From NCBI GenBank assembly GCA_965218975.1, contig OZ244717.1, positions 1,536,001-1,600,000 on the forward strand: a DNA stretch of 64,000 nt. The letters run 5' to 3'. The translations under genes were made by a program, and so were the position numbers. The notes below the pieces were generated by a model, which was not told the DNA's origin, ran no database searches, and saw nothing but the letters and a program-made list of their open reading frames with translations. This DNA is from Candidatus Oxydemutatoraceae bacterium (GTDB lineage: Bacteria > Pseudomonadota > Gammaproteobacteria > Poriferisulfidales > Oxydemutatoraceae). Below, piece by piece: positions 51,534 through 61,418 of the stretch (the first letter of the stretch is position 1; each line of letters opens with the position of its first letter).

Positions 51534-54500
51534 TTAGCTTCCCGAGACCCAGTCATACGCATTGCAGAACAGCTTGAGCCACGGCCCTGACTCCCCCCAT
51601 CTGTCATCGCGCCATGAATATTGGATACTGCGGAATAAACGTTCCGGGTGTGGCATCATAATCAGCACACGCCCATCCTCACTGCAAACACCGGTAATGC
51701 CGCTCAGGCTACCATTCGGATTTGCCGGATACTGCTCCGTTACCTGCCCGGTGCCATCAATGTAACGTACGCCGACATATTGTTCAATATTCATCTCTTG
51801 GCAAACCGCTCGCCCTTCAGCATGTGCAACCACAACGGGTAAACGCGACCCGATCATATCCTTTAGTAAAAGCGTCGGCGAAGGCACTACTTCAACCATA
51901 CACAGCCTTGCTTCAAATTGGTCCGAACGATTACGTTCGAATTTTGGGAAATGTGTTGCGCCTGGAATAATTTCTTTCAATTGTGACAACATTTGACAAC
52001 CGTTACAAATACCTAAGGATAAGGTATCGTCGCGGTTAAAAAAATTAATGAATTGCTCGCGTAATTTTTTATTAAACAATACGGATGCCGCCCAACCACG
52101 TCCCGCTCCTAATACATCGCCATACGAAAACCCACCACAAGCGGCAAGTACTTGAAATGATTCCAATGATGCTTGCCCGCTCAATAAATCACTCATATGC
52201 ACATCAACCGCATTAAACCCGGCATGATAAAATGCCGCTGCCATTTCTAAATGTCCGTTCACACCTTGCTCACGCAAAACGGCAACTTTCGGGTGCGTTT
52301 TCAGCATCGCCGACGGTTTTAACGCGCTCAAATCAAAGCTTAATTCGGCGAATAAATGCAATTTATTACATCGGACCGATGCAAACTCTTCCTCGGCGCA
52401 CGCCGGATTGTCGCGCAGCATCTGCATCTGATAACTTGTCTGCCACCAATCTCTTTTGAGTGTTTCCATATCCCACTCATATACATGATCTTCACCTTGA
52501 TAAATTGTTAATTTAGGCGCCGTTTGCACTATTGCAATTTTGCGACAGCAGTCCGTCAGACCCAATCGGTTTGCCTGTCGTTCAACTTCAACCACCGCAC
52601 TTTTTTCGACCTGTATCACTACGCCCACTTCTTCCGCAAATAATCCGCCAAGCAAATGATTCCCGAGTGTATCGGCAGATAAACGGATACCGCAATTCCC
52701 GGCAAACATCATTTCACACAATGTTGTAAATAAGCCGCCATCAGAACGATCATGATAAGAAAGCACTTTTCCATTGACATGTAACCAATTAATTAATTTA
52801 GAAAAAGAAATCAGGTATTCAGGCCTATCAAGATCGGGGCACGGCAAATGCAAATACTTTTTCGTCGGCATTGTTTGTAGTAAAGCCGAACCGCCAAGAC
52901 GATATTTGCCTGCGGAAAAATCAAACAACAACAAGCAACTGTCTTTCTTCGGCTGTAACTGCGGCGTTAAGCAGAAACGGACATCCATTACCGGAGCAAA
53001 CGCGGATACGATTAAAGATAACGGCGAAATAACAGAAAAACTGTCTTTTTTGTTTTGCCCGCGCACACTCATTGACAATGAATCCTTGCCGACCGGAATC
53101 GCGATCCCTAATGCCGGACACAACTCTTCTCCCACCTCGCGCACTGCTTCAAATAAAGCCGCATCTTCGTTTGGGTCGCCACATGCTGCCATCCAATTTG
53201 CTGACAAGCAAATATCTGGTAGTCGCTGAATACCTGCCGACAAAATATTAGTGATCGCCTCAGAAACGGCAATCCGTGCCGACGCTTTGGCATTGATTAT
53301 TCCAAGCGGAGTGCGCTCGCCTATCGCCATCGCTTCGCCGGTATAGTGAATGAAATCAGTCGCGCATACGGCACAATCAGCAACCGGTATTTGCCAAGGC
53401 CCGACCATTTGATCGCGCACTGTAAGCCCTCCCACAGTCCGATCGCCGATCGTAATAAGAAAATTTTTAGCGGCGACCGCGGGAAGCCTCAGCACTTGTT
53501 TTGCAGCGGACGCCAAGTCAACATCCGGAACGGATGAATATTGATTATTCCTTTCAGTCAATCGGATGCTCTTTTGCAAACGCGGCGGTTGGTCCAATAA
53601 TATATTCATCGGCATATCAATTGGCGGTGTTTGAGACACGTTATAATCTTCCAACAGCAATTGTCGCTGTGTTTGAGCATGACCAATAATTGCCATCGGG
53701 CAGCGTTCGCGGCGACAAATTGATTCAAACACGGATAAAGCTTGCGGGTCCAATGCAATCACGTAACGCTCTTGTGCTTCATTGCACCAAATTTCCATTG
53801 GCGACATCCCACTATCAGCGTTGGGAATATCACGTAATTGAATCCTCCCTCCGAGCTTTGCGCCGTGCAGTAATTCCGGAACTGCATTAGACAGACCTCC
53901 GGCCCCGACATCATGAATCGATAAAATCGGATTGTCCTCGCCTAATGCCATGCATTGCTCAATCACTTCCTGACAGCGCCTCTGCATTTCCGCGTTATCG
54001 CGTTGCACCGAAGCAAAATCCAAATCAGCGTCACTGCTGCCGCTGCTTTGCGAAGATGCCGCTCCACCGCCTAAACCAATCAACATTGCGGGGTTACCTA
54101 GTACTACAATCGGCGTGCCGGCAAAGAAAGCTTGCTTTTGAATATGCTGGGGGCGTAAATTGCCGAAACCGCCGGCAATCATAATCGGTTTGTGATATCC
54201 GTAATGACTATGATCATTTTGTTGTTCAAAAGTGCGGAAATAACCGCTCAAGCATGGGCGACCGAATTCATTGTTAAATGCTGCTGTTCCCAGCGGCGCT
54301 TCTAGCATTATCTGCAGCGGTGAAGCTAATTGTGTCGGATATTCGCTGTCAATTTCCCATTCATGAGTGAAATTGGGAATATGTAGATGGGAAACGGTAT
54401 AACCACATAATCCCCCTTTTGGTCTGCCGCCACAGCCGGTTGCCGCTTCATCCCGAATTTCGCCGCCCGATCCGGTTGCTGCGCCCGGGAAAGGAGAAAT

Positions 54501-55412
54501 TGCAGTCGGGTGATTATGAGTTTCCACTTTCATCAATATCGGCATAGCTTCTTTAACATACTCATATTCACGTGTCACAGGGTTACATTGCCAACGCATG
54601 CCATATTCTGCTCCTTGCATCACTGCGGAATTATCATGGTAGGCAAGCAGTACTCTCTCGGGACAACATTCATAAGTGTTACGAATCATTGCAAACAAGC
54701 TACGCGGATAGGTTTTACCATTTACTTCCCATACCGCATTGAAAATCTTATGTCTGCAATGCTCCGAGTTGGCTTGAGCAAACATAACCAACTCAGCATC
54801 CGTCGGTGTACGCTGCAACTGTTGATAGAACTTTGACAGATAAACAATCTCATCCGAGGATAAATTCAAGCCTAAACGCCTGCTTTCATTCGACAGTGTG
54901 GCAGGTTCGCTATCCGGCGAAATTATTTGTAAAGGTCGTGACGACGCATGGTTAAACAGATCATTTATCTCCGCTTTGAATCTCGCAATACGTTCGGTCA
55001 TCTTGTCATGCAAAATATCCGCAACTTGGGAACGCTGACTCGCATTCGATGCAGTGCCTGTCAATACATACAAACGACCATGTTCAATCCGTCCGACGGC
55101 AGAAAACCCCGCTAATTGAAGAATATCGGTTGCTTTACTCGACCACGCTGAAATAGTTCCTGAACGAGGTATAACCCAAAATCGTTCACCTGTTATCGTA
55201 GGAGACGGAATACACCCACCCAAAAGATCTTGCAGACACGCTAAATCATCGGCTGTCAAAGCATTCTTATTTTCCAGAAAATACAATGCATGGTTACGCA
55301 GGATCGAAATGGATGCATCAACAGCATATAACCGTTGATTCAGCCTATTACAAGCCGTTTCAGAGTGAACTTGGAAACCGGTCAGAATCTGCATTTTAGA
55401 AACTGCTATCAT
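51534..55412 (-). CDS. purL: Phosphoribosylformylglycinamidine synthase (large type)
   Basis: [41 protein letters not shown]. Confidence 0.98.
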   Translation of the reverse strand: MIAVSKMQILTGFQVHSETACNRLNQRLYAVDASISILRNHALYFLENKNALTADDLACLQDLLGGCIPSPTITGERFWVIPRSGTISAWSSKATDILQLAGFSAVGRIEHGRLYVLTGTASNASQRSQVADILHDKMTERIARFKAEINDLFNHASSRPLQIISPDSEPATLSNESRRLGLNLSSDEIVYLSKFYQQLQRTPTDAELVMFAQANSEHCRHKIFNAVWEVNGKTYPRSLFAMIRNTYECCPERVLLAYHDNSAVMQGAEYGMRWQCNPVTREYEYVKEAMPILMKVETHNHPTAISPFPGAATGSGGEIRDEAATGCGGRPKGGLCGYTVSHLHIPNFTHEWEIDSEYPTQLASPLQIMLEAPLGTAAFNNEFGRPCLSGYFRTFEQQNDHSHYGYHKPIMIAGGFGNLRPQHIQKQAFFAGTPIVVLGNPAMLIGLGGGAASSQSSGSSDADLDFASVQRDNAEMQRRCQEVIEQCMALGEDNPILSIHDVGAGGLSNAVPELLHGAKLGGRIQLRDIPNADSGMSPMEIWCNEAQERYVIALDPQALSVFESICRRERCPMAIIGHAQTQRQLLLEDYNVSQTPPIDMPMNILLDQPPRLQKSIRLTERNNQYSSVPDVDLASAAKQVLRLPAVAAKNFLITIGDRTVGGLTVRDQMVGPWQIPVADCAVCATDFIHYTGEAMAIGERTPLGIINAKASARIAVSEAITNILSAGIQRLPDICLSANWMAACGDPNEDAALFEAVREVGEELCPALGIAIPVGKDSLSMSVRGQNKKDSFSVISPLSLIVSAFAPVMDVRFCLTPQLQPKKDSCLLLFDFSAGKYRLGGSALLQTMPTKKYLHLPCPDLDRPEYLISFSKLINWLHVNGKVLSYHDRSDGGLFTTLCEMMFAGNCGIRLSADTLGNHLLGGLFAEEVGVVIQVEKSAVVEVERQANRLGLTDCCRKIAIVQTAPKLTIYQGEDHVYEWDMETLKRDWWQTSYQMQMLRDNPACAEEEFASVRCNKLHLFAELSFDLSALKPSAMLKTHPKVAVLREQGVNGHLEMAAAFYHAGFNAVDVHMSDLLSGQASLESFQVLAACGGFSYGDVLGAGRGWAASVLFNKKLREQFINFFNRDDTLSLGICNGCQMLSQLKEIIPGATHFPKFERNRSDQFEARLCMVEVVPSPTLLLKDMIGSRLPVVVAHAEGRAVCQEMNIEQYVGVRYIDGTGQVTEQYPANPNGSLSGITGVCSEDGRVLIMMPHPERLFRSIQYSWRDDRWGESGPWLKLFCNAYDWVSGS

Positions 55413-55456
55413 AGCCGAATTACTCCGATGAAGGTATAATTAACTAATTATTCCAT

Positions 55457-55825
55457 GGGGGCGATTTTGGTTTCGACGGAAATTGCAAAACTGGAGGTGC
55501 ATGCCGAGCCGTCAGGGAAACTCGTAAAACTGGTCTGAAAAACTATAGTTGCCAACGAAGACAACTACGCACTGGCGGCCTAAACAACCGACCATGCCTC
55601 TTATGAATGCGGTGCTTGTGCCCATTCAATAAGGGTCATACACACAAGATCGCAGCGAGATATTCCGCGTCTTTGCTGTTAAAGCTTGGTGACAGGTAGC
55701 GGAATCGCCAGTAGCAACTCCCGTTTAGTCGGAAGTTACTGGTAAAATAATTAGACTAAACTAAGCATGTAGTACCAAAAGCAGAGGATTTGCGGACGCG
55801 GGTTCGATTCCCGCCGCCTCCACCA
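55457..55825 (+). ncRNA. ssrA: tmRNA
   Basis: 5' GGGGGCG pairs with CGCCTCC-ACCA (G3.U wobble); T-arm GCGGGTTCGATTCCCGC; tag frame 55551-55583 encodes ANEDNYALAA*. Confidence 0.97.
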
Positions 55826-55938
55826 CCACTGGACTTCCTATAAAGTCCGATAGCGTCTAAATATTCTTTATAAACTAATCTATTAAGGTGCTTCATTGTC
55901 TTATAGTGTATAAAGTTATGTTGTAAAATCCAGCAGCT

Positions 55939-55991
55939 TTAGTAATACTCTTAGTAATACGATACATATTTCCTGAGGAGCGTATTACTAA
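55939..55991. promoter_or_regulatory. Probable integrase arm-type binding sites
   Basis: TTAGTAATAC direct repeats at 55939-55948 and 55951-55960, plus an inverted copy GTATTACTAA at 55982-55991 just before the integrase ATG. Confidence 0.7.
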
Positions 55992-55992
55992 A

Positions 55993-57180
55993 ATGCCACG
56001 GATAACCAAACCTCTCAGTGAAACAGAGATCAAACATGCCAAACCCAAAGACAAAACTTATAGCCTAGCAGACGGGAAAGGCTTATATCTCAAAATCAAG
56101 CCTAGCGGCTATAAAGTTTGAGTCTTCAACTATTACAGGCCATACACCAAAAAGCGTGTTGCTGACACCCTTGGCGAATACCCAGTTATTACTCTCGCCA
56201 AGGCACGTTCCAAACGTAATGAATACTTAAAGCTGCTTGCGGATGACATTGATCCGATTGAATATAAGCTTGAAAAGAAGAGGCTTCATAAAGCAGCCGA
56301 GTATCCAAATCACATGCAGAGGATATCTATAGATCATTAGAACTTCATATTTTCTCACACTCGGCAAACTGCCTATCCATAAAATCAGAGCAAAGCATGT
56401 CATTGAAGTACTAGACCCGATAGCGGCAGAAGGCTCCCTAGAAACTGTTAAACGCCTAACCCAGAGGTTGAACGAGATCATGGTCTACGCCGTGAACACC
56501 GACTTGGTAGCTGCAAACTATCTCTCAGGAGTCAGTAAAGCGTTTGCTTCACCGAAAAAAAACCACATGCCTACCCTAGCCCCAGAGCAGCTGCCTGAAT
56601 TAATGCGCACCATTGCTGATGCCAGCATCAAAAAGACTACTCGATGCCTGATTGAGTGGCAGCTGCACACAATGACCCGACCAGGCGAAGCAGCTGGAAC
56701 AAGATGGGAAGAGATAGATTTGGAGAAAAGATTTTGGGCTATTCCTGCCATGCGCATGAAAAAGAAACACCCTCATAAAGTTCCCCTCTCGCCGCAAATG
56801 CTGGCTCTGCTCAAAGTAATGAGGCCAATTAGCGCAAACAGGGAATATGTGTTTCCAGCGGACAGGAATCCTAGAGCCCACACTCATCCAGCAACAGCCA
56901 ACATGGCGCTTAAACGAATGGGGTATGGCGGCTTGTTGGTAGCACACGGTCTAAGGGCTCTGACCAGCACTACACTAAATGAGCAAGGCTTTAACCCTGA
57001 CATTATCGAGTCGGCATTAGCCCATACAGATAAAAATGATGTCAGGGGTGCATATAACCATGCTGAATATCTGGAGCGAAGAAAAGTCATGATGTGTTGG
57101 TGGTCTGCGACCATATAGAAGCTGCTGCAGATGGCAACCTAAGCCTTTCAGGTACAAAACAATTGAGGGCCGTCAACTAA
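55993..57180 (+). pseudogene. P4-like tyrosine integrase pseudogene
   Basis: MPRITKPLSETEIKHAKPKDKTYSLADGKGLYL arm-binding domain; in-frame TGA at 56119-56121; frameshift/deletion near 56300; catalytic TRPGE, HGLR, LAH, AYN in 56468-57118; frameshift near the C-terminus. Confidence 0.9.
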
Positions 57181-57194
57181 CCCCGCTCTTAGCC

Positions 57195-57377
57195 TCATGC
57201 TTGTTGTCTGGACTCAATCCACTGAATGACTGCGCTTTCATGCCAGCCGAGCGAGCGGGCCCCGGTCAGTTTAATCTGTTTCGAGAAATTGCCCCTGGCA
57301 ATCTCCGCGTAAATGGTTGAGCGTGATAGTCCTGTTATACGTTGGACGTCCTTTAGCCTCAAAATCCTGAAACTCAT
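57195..57377 (-). CDS. alpA: AlpA family regulator / recombination directionality factor
   Basis: ILRLKDVQRITGLSRSTIY..I..G.F.KQIKL...GW.ES.V.QWI. Confidence 0.92.
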   Translation of the reverse strand: MSFRILRLKDVQRITGLSRSTIYAEIARGNFSKQIKLTGARSLGWHESAVIQWIESRQQA

Positions 57378-57573
57378 TCATACCTCTTTTTTTCTACATG
57401 GCGCTCCTATGTTATGCAGAAAAAATAGAGAAACAATAGAAAATCGATACACGCGTTGTTTCGGTTTTTCGTATATTCTTTAATCGTTTTGCCCCCGAGA
57501 CGCACTGATTACGTTAGCGCTTTACGGAAAATCGGTAAAAACCGCGACAGTTCTTGTGACGGGTTTCTATAGA

Positions 57574-58108
57574 CCCCTGATTTATGACTGTGCTGTACTA
57601 GCTTTAATGATCTGTGGCGACTGCATGACCTAGTCGCAACAAGTCCTTTACTGGTATTCCAGTAAAGGCACACAGGTCCCGGTGGGGCTTGTGGCAAATG
57701 GCACTTCCGGGATTATTGCAATCCTGCGAGCACCATCTAATCAACGTTTAGCTGTAACCAAAAGGAGGTGTATCACCCGTGAAAATAAACGGCGAGCCGA
57801 ACGCAACCCGTCTCTGTGAAATCTTTACACAGAGACGGGTACGCAGTAGCCACGCTACCGCTCGTCAAATCAAGATATTGGCAACATGACCGCCGATACA
57901 AAAGCCGACCAACGCTCCGGTGCGGCCCTTCATCCGAAAGGCATTGAAGGGTACAGCACGCAACCCGCAGAGACTTACCTGTTCAGGCGTGCCAGGCATC
58001 AGGGGCTTGTCATTGTCCATACTGTCCCCAACGGACAGTCGCAGGCTGGGCGAACCAGCAAGGCGCGACCGGCGCTCAACCCGGTTTAACACTTACCAGA
58101 ATCAGGGG
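57574..58108 (+). ncRNA. Candidate large structured non-coding RNA (or structured ssDNA element) upstream of a recombinase-like gene
   Basis: About a dozen stems read by eye, including 10-bp (57645-57668) and 13-bp (57806-57840) perfect hairpins, two three-way junctions, a GAAA tetraloop and a 9-bp end-to-end pairing; no credible ORF. Confidence 0.55.
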
Positions 58109-58113
58109 GATAT

Positions 58114-58503
58114 ATGGGCAAAGTTGGCGGCAACCGGAATTACGGCTACGGCAAGAAGCTGGCCTGGACCGGCAGGAATGCCCTGGCGAACCGGTATGGC
58201 GAGGGTCATTTCAGCACCCGAGCCACGCATGAGGAACGCTGAAATCAGTTTGCTAGTTTCCTGAAACAGGAAGGCATCAACGATGCCATAAAGATCAACC
58301 GGGACGTTATCCAGCGCTATGCAGAGTATCTGAGTACACTGGTGCACAGTGAAGACATGAAAGTAGCTTATGCGCAAAACCTGCTCTCCACTGTGAATGT
58401 CGTGCTGAAAACCATGCGCAAGGACAAGGTCCTGACCATCAGGCCTGCACAGTGCGTAGGACACCGTTCCAATGTCGAACTTCTCGATTGTATTTATTTA
58501 TAG
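58114..58503 (+). pseudogene. N-terminal half of an integrase-domain (tyrosine-recombinase-like) protein; internal stop and 3' truncation
   Basis: Manual translation MGKVGGNRNYGYGKKLAWTGRNALANRYGEGHFSTRATHEER*NQFASFLKQEGI...YAQNLLSTVNVVL...RSNV; RBS AGGGGGA; TGA at 58240-58242. Family call rests on recalled resemblance, not a search. Confidence 0.65.
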
Positions 58504-58709
58504 CCTGCTTTTGCTTATTCTGAATTTGGCGATTTTGACTCTGAACTTGAGACAATGATATTTTCTTAACCATAACCTGAGTTCCTTTCTTTTAATCTGC
58601 TACATACCATTAGAATAAAAAACACACCATCTAATCTCTCTTTTGCCATCTCCTAGTTCGGTAACATAAACTGAAAACAGTGGCCAACATTGCTCTATCT
58701 TAACCCGTG

Positions 58710-61418
58710 TTACACCGAGTAAGTGTTACTCAGAAAATCCTTCAACGATCTGTTTTCCAAAACTTCATCATGAGGGATTAACAGATAGTGCCAAGGTTTT
58801 TCGCCTTGGGTTTGGAGGTATTTACTTGCGTTGCTACACCATTCTTTTGCAGATTCTGCTTTAGCTAGCACCGCTGCATCTTCTATATCTGCACGAGCCT
58901 TGGTTTCTACCATCAACACACAATCATCTAGCTCTGCAACGAAGTCAGGGACATACTCTTTATGCTCAACACCCAACTTATACACAATCTGAAACTGACC
59001 ATTGACAGGTTTAAACCATTTTAACGCGTCACGTTCCAGTATTATTGAAAAGCGGCGCTCTGTATCGGTGTCAAATTTTTGCAACGGATAAAGACACTTT
59101 TCAAAGCCACCAAATAACATCTGTTTGATCTTTCCTACCTCTTCTAATGTCTCGCGGTAGTTCTGCACTGGTTGATTGGTTGCCTTGGTATAGACCACTT
59201 CTTTTAATGGAGTAAAGCCTGCTCTAACCGTTACTTCATAGCCACTAGCTGTTTCCCAGAAATGTTCAGCCATTTGCACGTGAATGTTATCGGCAATTAA
59301 TTTACCGTAGCCAAAGAAAATATTATGCAACTCGCCTTCAGAGTATTCTTTAACATCGCTGAAATAGGCAACTGCCTGACCAGCTAGATTGTAAATCAAG
59401 TCAGCGTGTTCGTCGTAGGAGATATCGTCCTTGTCTACCAAATGCTCAACAATATAGTCCTCAAGCCGCTGATACTTCTTTTGAGGCTGCGCCGATATTG
59501 AAATCTGTTGATTGGTTTGCAGGCTTTGGGAAATCAGTTCCCGGTCTGATGGCTGTAGATTCAGGTTCCCCAGATCCAATGTGAATGGATGATAGCCATA
59601 ACTGACTTCGCCTTTAGGCACCATTACAATACGCGGAATATCAATAGTCTGCTCAACCATCAATTGCGTTGCCTTAGTTACAACAGCTGCTAAATCAGCT
59701 TTTTCTTCTTTCAACAGGGCTAGTTGATCACCGGTAAGGTGCTCGGAGACTCGTTGCACAATCGCTTTTTGTATTTTCGTCGATAAAAGCTCTTTGGAAG
59801 TTGGCACTTCAACCGGATTATGCTGAAAACCCTTGATTACTTGCCATGCGGCATCGGCAACTTGGCGTTCGCGATCCGTTCCAAAGATCAATGTTTCAGC
59901 TTTGCCCGGATACTCGAGCTTTTTGCTTGATGCCGCGTCGGCGCTGGTCAATATCGTCTCTAGGTTAGGCTTAATGGCAACACTTTCCTTGGGTGTGTCC
60001 TTTTCATCTGAATCCAAAATAATCTGCTTTATGCGCAATGGATTTTCAGGATTATTGGCCTCATCAACGATTTCTTGAAAGCGGTCGTGAGCGATAATAC
60101 TGAGTTGATCAACTGCATCAACATCAGTTCGTTTACCATATGGCAGGCGCAAACCCCGGCCGATGGACTGTTCGATTAAAGTACGAGCATTGGCGGCTCG
60201 TAATGGCACAATAGTATATAGGTTAGTGACGTCCCAGCCTTCCTTGAGCATATTCACATGAATGACAACTTCCGTTGGTTCATTGAAACTTTCTACTTCT
60301 AACAAACGGGTAACCATTTCCTCTTCTGCAGACCCACTGCGACTACTGTCTACCTGAATAACCTTTCCTTTATAGCGACCATCAAATAATTGATTTTCAA
60401 GTAAATCCAGTAATTGCGCTGCGTGTGTCGTATCACGGGCGATCACCAGCATAAAGGGTTTAACTAGTGTTACCCCGTGCTGTTTAGCATATGTGAGCAG
60501 CTCCACCTTAGTACTTTCGTGTAGCCTGATACCGTCTTCCAGCTTGATGCGCTCTAACTGTTCAGCATTGTACTGAGAGACATTAAAATTTCGCTGAGTA
60601 ACAACAGCAGGTTCTTTTACGAAGCCATCGTCCATAGCTTGCGCCAATGGGTAATCTACTATCACATTCTTAAATGACACTGGCCCGCGGTTGCTTTCAG
60701 TGAAGGGCGTTGCCGTTAGTTCGAGACCCAACAATGGATTCAGTTCATTAAGTGAGCGTACTCCTGCACTAGCGCGGTAACGATGGGACTCATCCATTAA
60801 CATCACCAAATCCGGAAGACTGGCCAGGTAATTAAAATAACTGTCACCTATAGTTTCACGCAAGCGTTTAATACGCGGCGCCTTTCCGCCACGTACTTCA
60901 GAATTGATTTTGGAAATATTAAAAATGTTAATGGAAACGGGCGAAAGGATATCGCTAGTCCCTGTCGACTCATAGTTATCACCGGTGACAATTGGTGGCG
61001 GATAGGTAGTAAACTCTGCAATACCTTTAAATACGTATTTCGCAGTATTGGGAGTAAAGTCGGTAATTAGCTTATCGTAAATAGTAAGGTTGGGGGCAAG
61101 CACAAAAAAGTTCTTGATGTCATGTGCTAAATGTAAATAGCTGACAAATGCCCCCATCAAGCGCGTTTTACCCACACCGGTAGCCAATGCAAAGCATAGG
61201 GATGGGAACTCCCGTTCAAAATCGGTGAGTATTGGGAATTCAGCAGACAACATTTTCAATAGTGAATCCAGGTCTCGTTGTTTTCCCAACATAGCAGGCG
61301 CAATATCCAGTGCAACAGCCAGGGAGCGAAGTGACTCTTTCTGAGGAGCGCGGAGACTCAGTCGACTAGTAATGTAATTAATAATCCTGAGGTCCATGTT
61401 ACCGACTCTTCTCATCAA
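58710..61418 (-). CDS. Type III restriction endonuclease Res subunit
   Basis: LSLR.PQ, LATGVGKT, MDESH, LTATP, EQSIGRGLR, YVPDFVAE...VETK. Confidence 0.92.
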   Translation of the reverse strand: MMRRVGNMDLRIINYITSRLSLRAPQKESLRSLAVALDIAPAMLGKQRDLDSLLKMLSAEFPILTDFEREFPSLCFALATGVGKTRLMGAFVSYLHLAHDIKNFFVLAPNLTIYDKLITDFTPNTAKYVFKGIAEFTTYPPPIVTGDNYESTGTSDILSPVSINIFNISKINSEVRGGKAPRIKRLRETIGDSYFNYLASLPDLVMLMDESHRYRASAGVRSLNELNPLLGLELTATPFTESNRGPVSFKNVIVDYPLAQAMDDGFVKEPAVVTQRNFNVSQYNAEQLERIKLEDGIRLHESTKVELLTYAKQHGVTLVKPFMLVIARDTTHAAQLLDLLENQLFDGRYKGKVIQVDSSRSGSAEEEMVTRLLEVESFNEPTEVVIHVNMLKEGWDVTNLYTIVPLRAANARTLIEQSIGRGLRLPYGKRTDVDAVDQLSIIAHDRFQEIVDEANNPENPLRIKQIILDSDEKDTPKESVAIKPNLETILTSADAASSKKLEYPGKAETLIFGTDRERQVADAAWQVIKGFQHNPVEVPTSKELLSTKIQKAIVQRVSEHLTGDQLALLKEEKADLAAVVTKATQLMVEQTIDIPRIVMVPKGEVSYGYHPFTLDLGNLNLQPSDRELISQSLQTNQQISISAQPQKKYQRLEDYIVEHLVDKDDISYDEHADLIYNLAGQAVAYFSDVKEYSEGELHNIFFGYGKLIADNIHVQMAEHFWETASGYEVTVRAGFTPLKEVVYTKATNQPVQNYRETLEEVGKIKQMLFGGFEKCLYPLQKFDTDTERRFSIILERDALKWFKPVNGQFQIVYKLGVEHKEYVPDFVAELDDCVLMVETKARADIEDAAVLAKAESAKEWCSNASKYLQTQGEKPWHYLLIPHDEVLENRSLKDFLSNTYSV

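Noticed and set aside
56119-58242. TGA at expected Trp positions in two genes, suggesting TGA=Trp recoding
   Set aside because: TGA terminates conserved genes here (ccmC, ccmD, mfd), and both affected genes carry other lesions; single TGG>TGA transitions explain it.
57509-58464. Small ORFs on both strands across the structured region
   Set aside because: They overlap in conflicting frames, lack motifs, and are better explained by non-coding structure plus the pseudogene at 58114.
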